From: Planctomycetota bacterium | GTDB taxonomy: Bacteria > Planctomycetota > PLA2 > JAEUHO01 | Direction of reading: 5' to 3' | Assembly (NCBI GenBank): GCA_029259795.1 | Contig: JAJDEM010000052.1 | Coordinates: forward strand, 1-43,273 | Length of the DNA: 43,273 bases | Part shown: positions 26,092 to 35,064 of the stretch, in pieces | Layout: the number at the start of each line of letters is the position of its first letter | Position numbering within the stretch: the first letter of the stretch is position 1 | Made by a program: the position numbers and the translations under genes | The notes under the pieces: generated by a model | Databases searched by the model: none | Told to the model about the DNA's origin: nothing | Seen by the model: the letters and a program-made list of their open reading frames with translations, nothing else

Positions 26092-26322
26092 CTCGCGCTG
26101 CTCGATCCGTCTCGGTCGTTGCCCTCCTCTCCTCGGCGGGTGACGCGACGCGTGGCTCCATGAGCCCCTGCGGCCACCTCCGAGGCGGCGCGCCCGGAAC
26201 CAGAGCGGCCCAGGCACCTACGCCGGTCGATCCAAGGGCCCGCACGCCCCCGCTCCGGATGGCGCGGCGAGCCTACGCGAGAGTCGGCGGGTGTTTTCTG
26301 CGGGGGGAGGCTGGCGCCGGCC

Positions 26323-26351
26323 TTGATCCCCAAGCCAATTGGTGCCATAAG
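26323..26351 (+). promoter_or_regulatory. Candidate sigma70-like promoter for dnaB (TTGATC-N17-CATAAG) in a locally AT-richer patch
   Basis: TTGATC at 26323-26328 and CATAAG at 26346-26351. This predicts a ~175-nt leader containing the hairpin ggcccg-cttcga-cgggcc. Motif match only. Confidence 0.3.
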
Positions 26352-26534
26352 TGATTGTTGGCAAAGGACTTACGTTGATAGTGCGTGGAGAACCTGCCGA
26401 CAACTTGTGGAGCAATCGACTGCGGGTGAGGTGCTGGCGCCTCAACCGGGGTGTCGGTGCGCTCCGGAAGATAGGGGGCCCGCTTCGACGGGCCGACCGG
26501 CGCTGCGAAGCCGGAAGCGAGGGAGACGCGTCTG

Positions 26535-27923
26535 ATGATTGATCGCTCGGCAGCCCGTGCGCCCCAGGGCGGCAAATCCGACCTGCCCGGCCTCATCGAG
26601 CGGGTGCCGCCGCATCACCTCGAATCGGAGATGGCGGTGCTCGGCTCGATCCTGCTGGATGGCGAGACGATGGGCCTGATCGTTCCGCTGCTCAAGCCCG
26701 AGGACTTCTACCGCCCCGCACACGGTCGCATCTACGAAGCGATGCAGACCCTCTACGAGAAGGGGGATGCGCTCGACGTCATCCTCGTCCGACGGGAGTG
26801 CGAGCGGCAGGGGCTCCTGGCGGAAGTCGGCGACGACATCCTGGCACGCCTCGCCGGGGTCGTGCGCAGCCCCGCCCACGCCGAGCACTACGCCCTGATC
26901 GTGCGTGAGAAGGCCATCGCGCGCTCGCTGATCGGTGTGACCTCGGAGATCCAGCAGGCCGCGTTCGCGGATGACCGCTCCGGCGAAGAGTTGCTCGAGC
27001 TCGCCGAGAGCGCTGTGTTCGAGCTTGGCGACTCGCGCGAGTCCACGGGCGTGCAAGACGTCAAGAGTCTGCTCAACGAGACCTTCGAGGAACTCGAGAA
27101 GGGCGAGGGGCCGAACGAGGGCGTCCTCACCGGCTACTACCAGTTCGACGACTACACCAGCGGCCTGCGGCCGGGTGAGTTGATCATCATCGCGGCGCGT
27201 CCGTCGATGGGCAAGTCGAGCTTTGCGCTCAACATCGCCCTCAACGCGGCCGTTCACGGCGGCAAGTCCTGCGCGATCTTCAGCCTCGAGATGACCGCGC
27301 AGAACATCATCAAGAACATGCTCTGCGCCAAGTCCGGCGTACCGGGCCAGAAGATGCGTCGAGGTGGTCGCTTCCTCGGCAAGATCGAGCACGAACGTCT
27401 CCAGGACGCCGCGGGACCGATGTTCGAGTCGCGCCTCTTCGTCGACGACACGCCGTCGCTTACTCCGATGATGCTGCGGGCCAAGTGCCGGCGCATCAAG
27501 GCGCAGCACGGCCTCGACCTTGTGCTGATCGACTACCTGCAGCTGATGGAAGCGCGCGGTGGCTTGCGCGGCATCGACAACCGGCAGCAGGAGATCTCCT
27601 ATATCAGCCGCTCGCTGAAGGGACTCTCCCGTGAGCTGCAGGTGCCCGTCATTGCGCTTTCTCAGCTCAACCGCGATGCCGAGAAGCGCGAGAACAACCG
27701 TCCCAAGCTCTCCGACATGCGTGAGTCCGGCGCCATCGAACAGGACGCCGATGTGATCTGCCTGCTCTACCGGTCCTGGTACTACTCCCGCAAGGAGGAC
27801 GAGAAGCTGGACGCCGAGGTGATCATCGCCAAGCAGCGCAACGGGCCGACGGGCACGGTGAAGCTTCACTTCCGAGCCGACTTCATGCGCTTCGAGAACC
27901 CTGCACCGCAGGGCATGGCGTAG
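26535..27923 (+). CDS. dnaB: Replicative DNA helicase DnaB
   Basis: 462 aa. Motifs: PPHHLESEMAVLGSILLD, Walker A AARPSMGKSSFALN, LVLIDYLQLM, ALSQLNR, ESGAIEQDADV, AKQRNGPTG. No intein is apparent. Confidence 0.95.
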   Translation: MIDRSAARAPQGGKSDLPGLIERVPPHHLESEMAVLGSILLDGETMGLIVPLLKPEDFYRPAHGRIYEAMQTLYEKGDALDVILVRRECERQGLLAEVGDDILARLAGVVRSPAHAEHYALIVREKAIARSLIGVTSEIQQAAFADDRSGEELLELAESAVFELGDSRESTGVQDVKSLLNETFEELEKGEGPNEGVLTGYYQFDDYTSGLRPGELIIIAARPSMGKSSFALNIALNAAVHGGKSCAIFSLEMTAQNIIKNMLCAKSGVPGQKMRRGGRFLGKIEHERLQDAAGPMFESRLFVDDTPSLTPMMLRAKCRRIKAQHGLDLVLIDYLQLMEARGGLRGIDNRQQEISYISRSLKGLSRELQVPVIALSQLNRDAEKRENNRPKLSDMRESGAIEQDADVICLLYRSWYYSRKEDEKLDAEVIIAKQRNGPTGTVKLHFRADFMRFENPAPQGMA

Positions 27924-28150
27924 GCTCTCCGCAGCGACGCATCCTGATGCCGGCCGAACCCGAGAATGACACGTCGGTGACACAGAACCGCCGCCCGAGT
28001 GGGGTGGGGCCCCAGGCGGCTGGGGGAATCCCGGCGAGGCGCGTTCGGGGGGCGCTGCGCCCTGCCCGTGGGGTCCACTACAATCTCCGCCGCCCGGCCG
28101 GACGAGGGCAGCTACGACGACGCCAGGTGCGCCGGCGGGGAGGACGACAC

Positions 28151-30958
28151 GTGCGCGGAGGGATCGGACCGCTCCTGATCGCACTGTGCTTGCTGGGCTC
28201 GCTTGCCTTGCTCGATGGCGGCGTACGGGCTGCGGGCGCCGACGAGGGCCCGCGCGTTCCGCCGCCGCCGCCACCCCCCCGGGTCCTGCCGCCAGCGCAG
28301 CCGCGCGGCCCGGTGACGCCCCCGCGCCCGGGCGTGCGCGCTCCGCGTGGAACCCCGCGTCCGGCCGCGCCCCGAGGTGGCGTCCCGCCGCCGCCTCCGC
28401 CGCCGTCTTGGACCCCGGAGACGCGCGCCCGCCCGCGCGCGGTAGCCCCCCGACAACCCGTTCCCCGGCAACCCGCTCCTGTTCGGCCGGATACCCGTCT
28501 GCCGGATCCCGGCCCGCCGAGCCGGCCTCCGCCGGGCCCGGGGCAGCCGCTCCCCGCGCGTCCGCAGCCGGGCTCCCCGGACGAACCCGAGGGCAGCGCC
28601 ACCGACGACCTCGCCGCGGCCCGGCCCGTCGTCAGGCAGATCGTCTTCGAGGGCAACCTGCTCTACGGCACCGAGATGATCAAGGCCCGGCTTCAGACCG
28701 AAGAGGGGCGGCGCCTCGATCCTGCCAAGCTCGATGCGGACATGAAGGAGCTCTACCGCTACTTCCGCGAGATCCAGGTCGTCATGGACAAGGTCGCCGG
28801 GGGCATCATCCTGCGCTTCCGCGTCGCCGAGAACCCGCTGGTCGCGCGCCTGGACGTCCGTGGCAACGAGGAGGTCGAGGACGTCGAGATCCGCGAGATG
28901 ATTCGCACCCAGGAGGGGTTCCCGCTCTCGCCGTACCACCTGGCGACGGACCGCGAGGATGTGGCCGAGGCGTACCGGTTGCGCGGCTTCCACTTCGCCC
29001 AGGTGCCCGAGCCCGAGGTCATCATCCTCGCCAACGGCGGGCGCCATGTGGTGTTCACCGTCGTCGAGGGCCCGCAGGTCCAGGTGGAGCGCATCATCAT
29101 CCGAGGCAACGCCAACGTGCCTCGCAAGGACCTCCTCGAGGTCATGCTTACCGACGAACCGAGCTTCTTCGAGCGCATCGCCGGCGGCAACACGTTCCGC
29201 GAAGACATGCTGCGTGAGGACCTCGTCGCGTTGAAGGAGCTCTACCGCTTCGAGGGGTTCCTCGATGCCGAGGTCGCGCTCGATGACATGCGTTTCTCCG
29301 ACGACAAGCAGCGCGTCGAGATCACGATCGCCATCACCGAGCACCAGCCGTTCACCGTCGGCGACATCAAGCTCACGATCAACCGGGAGGAGCTTGGCAC
29401 CTTCGGCTGCGCAACGCAGGCCGACCTCGACTACTTCACGGAGGACCGGATCCGCCAACTGTTCGCCCTGCGCAGCGGAGAGCGCTACTCGGGGAAGAAG
29501 GCCAAGGAGGGCATCGAAGCCATCCAGGAGGCGTACTTCGCGCGCAGCTTCCTCGAGCTGCAGATCGTCGATCCGGTCCTGCGCAGCCCCGGTCGGGACC
29601 TGGTCGTCGATCTCTCGATCACGATCAATGAGGGCCGCAAGTATCGGCTCCAGCGCATCGACTTCTTCGGCAACGAGTACACCCGCGACAAGATCCTCCG
29701 GCGTGACGTTCACACGGCACCGGGCGGCTACGTGGACCGCAACGAGCTCGACAAGGGGCTCACGCGTATCCGCCGCCTGAACTACTTCGACCGAGCCACC
29801 CTGCGCATCGACGATGCCCTGGACGTGAACGGCGACGCACTGGATGGCTGGAAGCGCGCCACCTACGAGCTCGTCGAAGGCAGTACCGGCCGCGTCAGCT
29901 TCGGCGTGCAGCTGAGCACGAACGGCGGCTTTGGAGCCACGGTTCAGTTCACGAAGCGAAACTTCGATATCGCCCGCTGGCCGAGCTCGTGGGAGGACCT
30001 GACCTCCGGTCGCGCATTCACCGGCGCGGGCCAGGAGCTCGACATCCTCTTGGCGCCCAGCACGACGGTGTCCCAGGGCCGCGTGCGGTTCCGGGAGCCG
30101 CGTTTCTTTGGAACAGACTTCTCGTTCGACGCCACGGTCTTCAAGTCCTTCGAGTTCCGCCGCAGCTACATCACCGATCGCACCGGCTACACGCTTGGGT
30201 TCGGCTATCCGGTGTTCCGCGCGAAGGACGACCGCTCGGCGCTGTGGGCCAATGCCAGTTGGCGCCACGAGGGACTCGAGATTCGCGACATCGACTCCGA
30301 TGCGATCCCCGGCGCGTTCCTCTTCGCCGACTTCGCCGAGCTGCGCTCGATCTCCGGGTCCTTGAGCTACGCCACCGTGGACGACTTCGAGAAGCCCCGC
30401 TGGGAGACGACCACCAGTCTCAAGACCGAACTCGCGGGCACGTTCCTCGGCGGCGACATCGACATGTGGTCTGTCACCGGAAGCCATACCCAGACATGGG
30501 TCGTGCATGAGGACAACGAGGGCAAGAAGCACCGGATCGCCCTGCGCTTCCAGGGAGGGGTTCAGGAGGCGCTGGAGGACACCCCGGAGACGCCGCCGTA
30601 CGAGCGCTTCTACTCGGGTGGCAACTCCTTCCGGGGCTTTCGCTTCCGCGGGGTGGGCCCGCATGTGAATGGGCTGCCTACGGGTGGCGAGTTCTACGCC
30701 ACGGTCAGCGCGGAGTACGAGTTCCCGATCGTGAAGGACGTGTTCAGCGTCGTCGCGTTCGTCGACCAGGGCACCGTCGAGGATCGCCTCAAGTCACCGG
30801 AGGACATGAAGTGGCGCATCGCGGTCGGCGGTGGCATTCGTTTCGCGATTCCGATGCTGGGTGATCGTCCCCTGGCCCTTGATTTCGGCTTCCCGCTCCT
30901 CTTCGAGGACGAGGACGAGCGGACCGTGGTGTCCTTCACCCTGGGCCGCAACTTCTGA
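28151..30958 (+). CDS. bamA: Outer membrane protein assembly factor BamA (Omp85) with Pro-rich N-terminal spacer
   Basis: In the frame of ORF 27947..30958. I chose the GTG at 28151, which is preceded by ggaggacgacac and gives the signal peptide GIGPLLIALCLLGSLALL. POTRA-like repeats are present (VRQIVFEGN..., RLDVRGNEEV, VERIIIRGNANV, LQRIDFFGNEYTRD). The C-terminal barrel ends in ...TLGRNF. Confidence 0.9.
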   Translation: MRGGIGPLLIALCLLGSLALLDGGVRAAGADEGPRVPPPPPPPRVLPPAQPRGPVTPPRPGVRAPRGTPRPAAPRGGVPPPPPPPSWTPETRARPRAVAPRQPVPRQPAPVRPDTRLPDPGPPSRPPPGPGQPLPARPQPGSPDEPEGSATDDLAAARPVVRQIVFEGNLLYGTEMIKARLQTEEGRRLDPAKLDADMKELYRYFREIQVVMDKVAGGIILRFRVAENPLVARLDVRGNEEVEDVEIREMIRTQEGFPLSPYHLATDREDVAEAYRLRGFHFAQVPEPEVIILANGGRHVVFTVVEGPQVQVERIIIRGNANVPRKDLLEVMLTDEPSFFERIAGGNTFREDMLREDLVALKELYRFEGFLDAEVALDDMRFSDDKQRVEITIAITEHQPFTVGDIKLTINREELGTFGCATQADLDYFTEDRIRQLFALRSGERYSGKKAKEGIEAIQEAYFARSFLELQIVDPVLRSPGRDLVVDLSITINEGRKYRLQRIDFFGNEYTRDKILRRDVHTAPGGYVDRNELDKGLTRIRRLNYFDRATLRIDDALDVNGDALDGWKRATYELVEGSTGRVSFGVQLSTNGGFGATVQFTKRNFDIARWPSSWEDLTSGRAFTGAGQELDILLAPSTTVSQGRVRFREPRFFGTDFSFDATVFKSFEFRRSYITDRTGYTLGFGYPVFRAKDDRSALWANASWRHEGLEIRDIDSDAIPGAFLFADFAELRSISGSLSYATVDDFEKPRWETTTSLKTELAGTFLGGDIDMWSVTGSHTQTWVVHEDNEGKKHRIALRFQGGVQEALEDTPETPPYERFYSGGNSFRGFRFRGVGPHVNGLPTGGEFYATVSAEYEFPIVKDVFSVVAFVDQGTVEDRLKSPEDMKWRIAVGGGIRFAIPMLGDRPLALDFGFPLLFEDEDERTVVSFTLGRNF

Positions 30959-31056
30959 CGGAGATGGGCGGGGTCATCCGTGACCTCGAGCCCTCCTCCG
31001 GAGAGAATCACAACCCGAACTTGCCGGCCGCGTGCCGGCGTCAGCGGAGGGCTCTC

Positions 31057-31674
31057 ATGCGCGTACTTACCACGATGTTCGTCATCACACTCGGCTTGGC
31101 CGTTCTCGCTCCGATGCTCGGGAGCCAGCTCCTCGGGGGGCAGGACCTCGCCTCGAGCGCCGACGCGGCGCCGCAGGGCAAGAAGATCGTCACCATCAAC
31201 CTCGTCCGAGCGATCGCCGAGCACCCGCGCACCAAGGTTGTCGAGGACAACATGCGCAAGGCCAAGGCGGCCGCGGAAGCCGCGCAGAAGCGCGAGTTCG
31301 AGTCCTTCAACAAGCTCAAGGCGGAGCTTGACGCGATGGGCCCGACCGAGCCCAAGCGCGAGTTCACCGAGAAGAAGCTCCTCCAGCTGCGCAACAACAT
31401 GAAGTTCAACGCGGAGTGGGCCGAGGTCGTCGCGACGCGCACCTACGTGCGAGACCTCGAGCAGATCTACAAGGCTGTGCACGGGATCGTCGGCCAGGTC
31501 GCCCGCGACGGCGGGCACGAGATCGTGCTTCTCCGGACAGATCCGAACGAGAAGCTCAACTCGACCAACGGCGATGACCTTGCGCTCAAGACGCGCCTGC
31601 GCGTGGTCGTCTTCGCCGACGACTCCTGCGACATCACGCAGGCGGTCATCGACAAGATCAAGAAGAGCAACTAG
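31057..31674 (+). CDS. skp: Periplasmic chaperone Skp/OmpH-like
   Basis: From ORF 30964..31674, trimmed to the ATG at 31057, preceded by ggaggg. Signal peptide: MRVLTTMFVITLGLAVLAP. The body is K/E-rich and helical. The position between bamA and the lpx genes matches skp. Confidence 0.75.
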   Translation: MRVLTTMFVITLGLAVLAPMLGSQLLGGQDLASSADAAPQGKKIVTINLVRAIAEHPRTKVVEDNMRKAKAAAEAAQKREFESFNKLKAELDAMGPTEPKREFTEKKLLQLRNNMKFNAEWAEVVATRTYVRDLEQIYKAVHGIVGQVARDGGHEIVLLRTDPNEKLNSTNGDDLALKTRLRVVVFADDSCDITQAVIDKIKKSN

Positions 31675-31680
31675 CCGCGC

Positions 31681-32997
31681 GTGCCGCGCCAGCAGCGCAC
31701 CATCCGCCGCGAGGGCGAGGTCCGAGGGGTCGGACTGCACGAGGGGGTCGAGGCCGTGCTGCGTGTGCGCCCGGCGCCGGCGGACCACGGCGTGGTGTTC
31801 GTGCGGACCGATCTGCCGAGCCGACCCCGCATCCCCGTCAACGCCGCCAACCTGACCGAGCGTGACCGACGCACGGCACTCGTCGGTGTCGACGACGCGG
31901 AAGTCCACACGGTCGAGCACTTCCTCTCCTGCTGCACCGCCCTGCAGATCGACAACCTCGAAGTCGAGATCTCCGGGCCCGAGTGTCCTGGGATGGACGG
32001 CTCCGCACGCGCGTTCTGCGATCTCCTCGAGGAGGCCGAGCCGGTCGAGCAGGACGCGGAGCGCGTCAGCATGAGCCTTGCGGCCCCGGTGACGCTCCCG
32101 CTCTCCGGCGACGCCTCGCTGGTCGCGCTGCCCGCGAGCAACGGCCTCACCGTGACCTACAGCTTGGACTACGGCGACGGCTTCCCCGGCGCCCAGTCGC
32201 ATACGGTGCGCGTGACCCCGCGCGCGTTCGCCGACGGCGTGGCCGGCGCGCGCACGTTCTGCCTCGAGAGCGAGGCCGAGCACTTGCGCAGCCTCGGACT
32301 TGGCAAGGGCGCCAGCTTCGAGAACACGCTCGTCATCGGCACCGAGGGCGTCATCGAGAACGAACTGCGCTGGCCGAACGAGTTCGCCCGGCACAAATTG
32401 CTCGACGTCTTGGGCGACCTCTTCCTGCTCGGCTGCGATCTGAACGCCCACGTGATCGCGCACCGCACCGGCCACGCGGCCAATCTCGCGCTGGTCACCG
32501 CGCTGCATCAGCAGGCGGCGGGCCGTGCGCATCCCGAGGATCCCACCGAAGAGCCGCGCACGGGTCTCACCCACAGCCAGATCCGCCGGATCCTCCCGCA
32601 TCGCTACCCCTTCCTGCTTGTGGACCGGGTCATCGAGCTGGAGGGCTTCCGGCGTGCCGTGGGCATCAAGAACGTCAGCGTCAACGAGCCGTTCTTCGAG
32701 GGCCACTACCCCGACCAGCCGATCATGCCGGGCGTGCTCATTCTCGAGGCCATGGCCCAGCTGGCCGGCTTGCTCCTGTTGCGCAAGCTCGAGCTCACCG
32801 GGAAGGTCCCGGTGCTGCTCAGCATCGATCGGGTGAAGTTTCGCCGGGCCGTCGTTCCCGGGGATCAGATTCGCCTGGAGGCGTTCACACTGCGCCTCTC
32901 GGCCGGTCGTGGGCGGGTCCGCTGCCGGTCCACGGTGGACGGGCAACTCGTCTCCGAGGCCCGCCTCAACTTCGCCATGACGGAGCCGCCCAGCTGA
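31681..32997 (+). CDS. lpxC-fabZ: Bifunctional UDP-3-O-acyl-GlcNAc deacetylase / 3-hydroxyacyl-ACP dehydratase (LpxC-FabZ fusion)
   Basis: GTG start. The LpxC part has TVEHFLSCC, HKLLDVLGDLFLLG and HRTGHAANLALV. The FabZ part has ILPHRYPFLLVDRVIELE and NEPFFEGHYPDQPIMPGVLILEAMAQ. Confidence 0.92.
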   Translation: MPRQQRTIRREGEVRGVGLHEGVEAVLRVRPAPADHGVVFVRTDLPSRPRIPVNAANLTERDRRTALVGVDDAEVHTVEHFLSCCTALQIDNLEVEISGPECPGMDGSARAFCDLLEEAEPVEQDAERVSMSLAAPVTLPLSGDASLVALPASNGLTVTYSLDYGDGFPGAQSHTVRVTPRAFADGVAGARTFCLESEAEHLRSLGLGKGASFENTLVIGTEGVIENELRWPNEFARHKLLDVLGDLFLLGCDLNAHVIAHRTGHAANLALVTALHQQAAGRAHPEDPTEEPRTGLTHSQIRRILPHRYPFLLVDRVIELEGFRRAVGIKNVSVNEPFFEGHYPDQPIMPGVLILEAMAQLAGLLLLRKLELTGKVPVLLSIDRVKFRRAVVPGDQIRLEAFTLRLSAGRGRVRCRSTVDGQLVSEARLNFAMTEPPS

Positions 32998-33818
32998 TGA
33001 GCCGCATTCATCCCACCGCCGTGATCGACCCCGCCGCCCAACTCGCCGATGACGTCGAGGTGGGCGCGCACTGCGTGATCCAGGGCCCCGTGACCGTGGG
33101 TGCCGGCTCGCGCCTGTTTCCGAACGTGACGCTCCTGGGGGACACGACGATTGGGAGCGGCAACACGTTCTACCCGGGTTGCGTGCTGGGCGCGCCGCCG
33201 CAAGACCTCAAGCATCGCGGCGAGGCGACCCGGCTGACCGTCGGCGACAACAATCACTTCCGCGAGCACGTCACCGTGCACCCCGGCACGGTCGCGGGCG
33301 GCGGGCTGACGACCGTCGGCTCCGATGGCCTGTTCATGGTGGGGAGCCACATTGCGCACGATTGCCGCGTTGCCAACAACGTCGTGCTCGCCAATCACGT
33401 CCTCCTCGCCGGCCACGTGGTGATCCACGACCGGGCCACCCTCAACGGGGCCAGCGCCCTGCACCACTTCACGACGGTGGGGCGTCTCGCCTACATCGGC
33501 GGGCTTACGCGCATCACGGTCGATGTGCATCCCTTCACGATCGTCGAGGGGCACCCCGCGCGGGTGCGGGCCTGCAACACGATCGGCTTGCAGCGCGCAG
33601 GCGTCGCTCAAGAGGATGTCGACGCCGTCAAGCGGGCCATCCGGATGATCTTGATGTCCAGTGACCGTCCCGCGAGCGAGGCCCTGCTCGAAGTCGATGA
33701 GCGCTACCCCGGCCACGCCCTTGTGGGCGAGCTGACGGCGTCGGTGCGTGCCTCGCAGGCAGGACGCCAGGGACGTGCGGCGGAGGGCGGTCGCACCGTT
33801 CACGGGGACGCGTCTTGA
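32997..33818 (+). CDS. lpxA: Acyl-ACP--UDP-N-acetylglucosamine O-acyltransferase
   Basis: The ATG at 32997 overlaps the lpxC-fabZ stop (TGATG) and sits inside the longer open frame 31983..33818. Motifs: MSRIHPTAVIDPAAQLADDVEVGAHCVI, hexapeptide repeats, HIAHDCRVANNVVLANHVLLAGHV. Confidence 0.92.
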   Translation: MSRIHPTAVIDPAAQLADDVEVGAHCVIQGPVTVGAGSRLFPNVTLLGDTTIGSGNTFYPGCVLGAPPQDLKHRGEATRLTVGDNNHFREHVTVHPGTVAGGGLTTVGSDGLFMVGSHIAHDCRVANNVVLANHVLLAGHVVIHDRATLNGASALHHFTTVGRLAYIGGLTRITVDVHPFTIVEGHPARVRACNTIGLQRAGVAQEDVDAVKRAIRMILMSSDRPASEALLEVDERYPGHALVGELTASVRASQAGRQGRAAEGGRTVHGDAS

Positions 33819-34855
33819 TCCAGTCGCCGACGCTTCGCGCCGCCGTGGTCGGCGTAGGCGCCTTTGGTCGCCACCACGCACGCATCTTGAGCGAGATGGC
33901 CTCGCAAGGCGTGCGCCTCGTAGGCCTCGTCGACAGCGAGCCGGATGGCGCGGGGCCCCGGTCCGTCGCACGCGATCTGGGTGTGCCCCTGGTCTCGTCG
34001 CTCGCCCAGCTTCCGCAGGCGCCCGACCTCGTCTCGGTGGCCGTTCCGACCAACGCGCATCGGCAGGTCGCGGAGCCGTTGCTCGCCCGGGGTGTGCACT
34101 GCCTTGTCGAGAAGCCGATCGCGGGGAGTACCCGCGACGCCCGCGCGCTGGTTTCGGCCGCGGAGCGAGGCGGAGCCCATCTCCAGGTCGGCCTGGTGGA
34201 GCGCTTCAATCCGGTCATGGCGGTCGCGGGCCGCCTGCAAGAGGCCCCGCGCTACATCGAGGTCCACCGGCTCGCGCCCCATACCGGCCGGGCCACCGAC
34301 GTGGGCGTAGTGATGGATCTCATGATTCATGATCTCGACCTCGTCAACCACCTGGTGGGGGAGGAGGCCGTCTCCGTCGAGGCGGTAGGCGTCACCGTGG
34401 TGGGGCCCTGCGAGGATGTGGCCAACGCCCGGATCACCTATCCCTCCGGCTGCGTGGCCAACGTGACCGCGAGTCGTGCGGCCGAGCGGCCTGTCCGGCG
34501 CCTGCGGCTCTTCAGCCCCGGCGGCTACCTCAGCCTGGACTACGGCAACCGGGAGGCACGGCTGGTTCGGACGCCGGCCCCCGGCTGGGGCGAGAGCGTC
34601 GCGGGCCTCGCCGCCCGAGCCGTCGGGCTTGGCGGGGGCCGCGCCAGTGGCCGACCGACCCCCTTCGAGGAGGCCCTCTCGACCGAGCGCCTCGTCTTGG
34701 ACGACCGGGAGCCGCTCCGCGCCGAAATCGAGGCGTTGGTCCGCACGGCCCGCGGCGACGCCTCGCCGCACGCCAGCGGGGTCGAGGGTCTGCGGGCCCT
34801 GGCGCTTGCTGAGCGGGTCCTGGGGTCCATCCAATCCGGGCGCAGCCACAACTAG
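33815..34855 (+). CDS. Gfo/Idh/MocA-family NAD(P)-dependent oxidoreductase
   Basis: The TTG start overlaps the lpxA stop (TTGA). It has the Rossmann N-terminus AAVVGVGAFGRHHARIL and EKPIA. It occupies the slot usually held by lpxB or lpxI. Confidence 0.85.
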   Translation: MIQSPTLRAAVVGVGAFGRHHARILSEMASQGVRLVGLVDSEPDGAGPRSVARDLGVPLVSSLAQLPQAPDLVSVAVPTNAHRQVAEPLLARGVHCLVEKPIAGSTRDARALVSAAERGGAHLQVGLVERFNPVMAVAGRLQEAPRYIEVHRLAPHTGRATDVGVVMDLMIHDLDLVNHLVGEEAVSVEAVGVTVVGPCEDVANARITYPSGCVANVTASRAAERPVRRLRLFSPGGYLSLDYGNREARLVRTPAPGWGESVAGLAARAVGLGGGRASGRPTPFEEALSTERLVLDDREPLRAEIEALVRTARGDASPHASGVEGLRALALAERVLGSIQSGRSHN

Positions 34856-34889
34856 CGTTGCGGGCGCAGGTTACGGGCTGCGGCCCGCC

Positions 34890-34917
34890 TTGACCCGTTT
34901 CATGGCTCCGCTACACT
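34890..34917 (+). promoter_or_regulatory. Candidate sigma70-like promoter for rpsB-tsf-pyrH-frr (TTGACC-N16-TACACT)
   Basis: TTGACC at 34890-34895 and TACACT at 34912-34917, ~150 nt upstream of the rpsB ATG. It shares the same -35 hexamer as the coaE candidate. Confidence 0.4.
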
Positions 34918-35064
34918 CCCGGACTCGGCCCATGGTTCCGCGCAAAGGCGAGCCAACCGGGTCTGCGACCGCGGGATGTCCGGGAGCGCCATGCGCTCGA
35001 CGACGCCCCACGATCGCTCCAGAAGCGAGCACGTCCGCGTTTGACCTTGGGGCAAGGAACGGCA

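Noticed and set aside
26384-26414. oriC-type DnaA-box cluster upstream of dnaB.
   Set aside because: There are only two imperfect GTGGAG-containing matches. There is no AT-rich unwinding element of the usual kind and no dnaA or dnaN nearby. I kept it only as a low-interest note.
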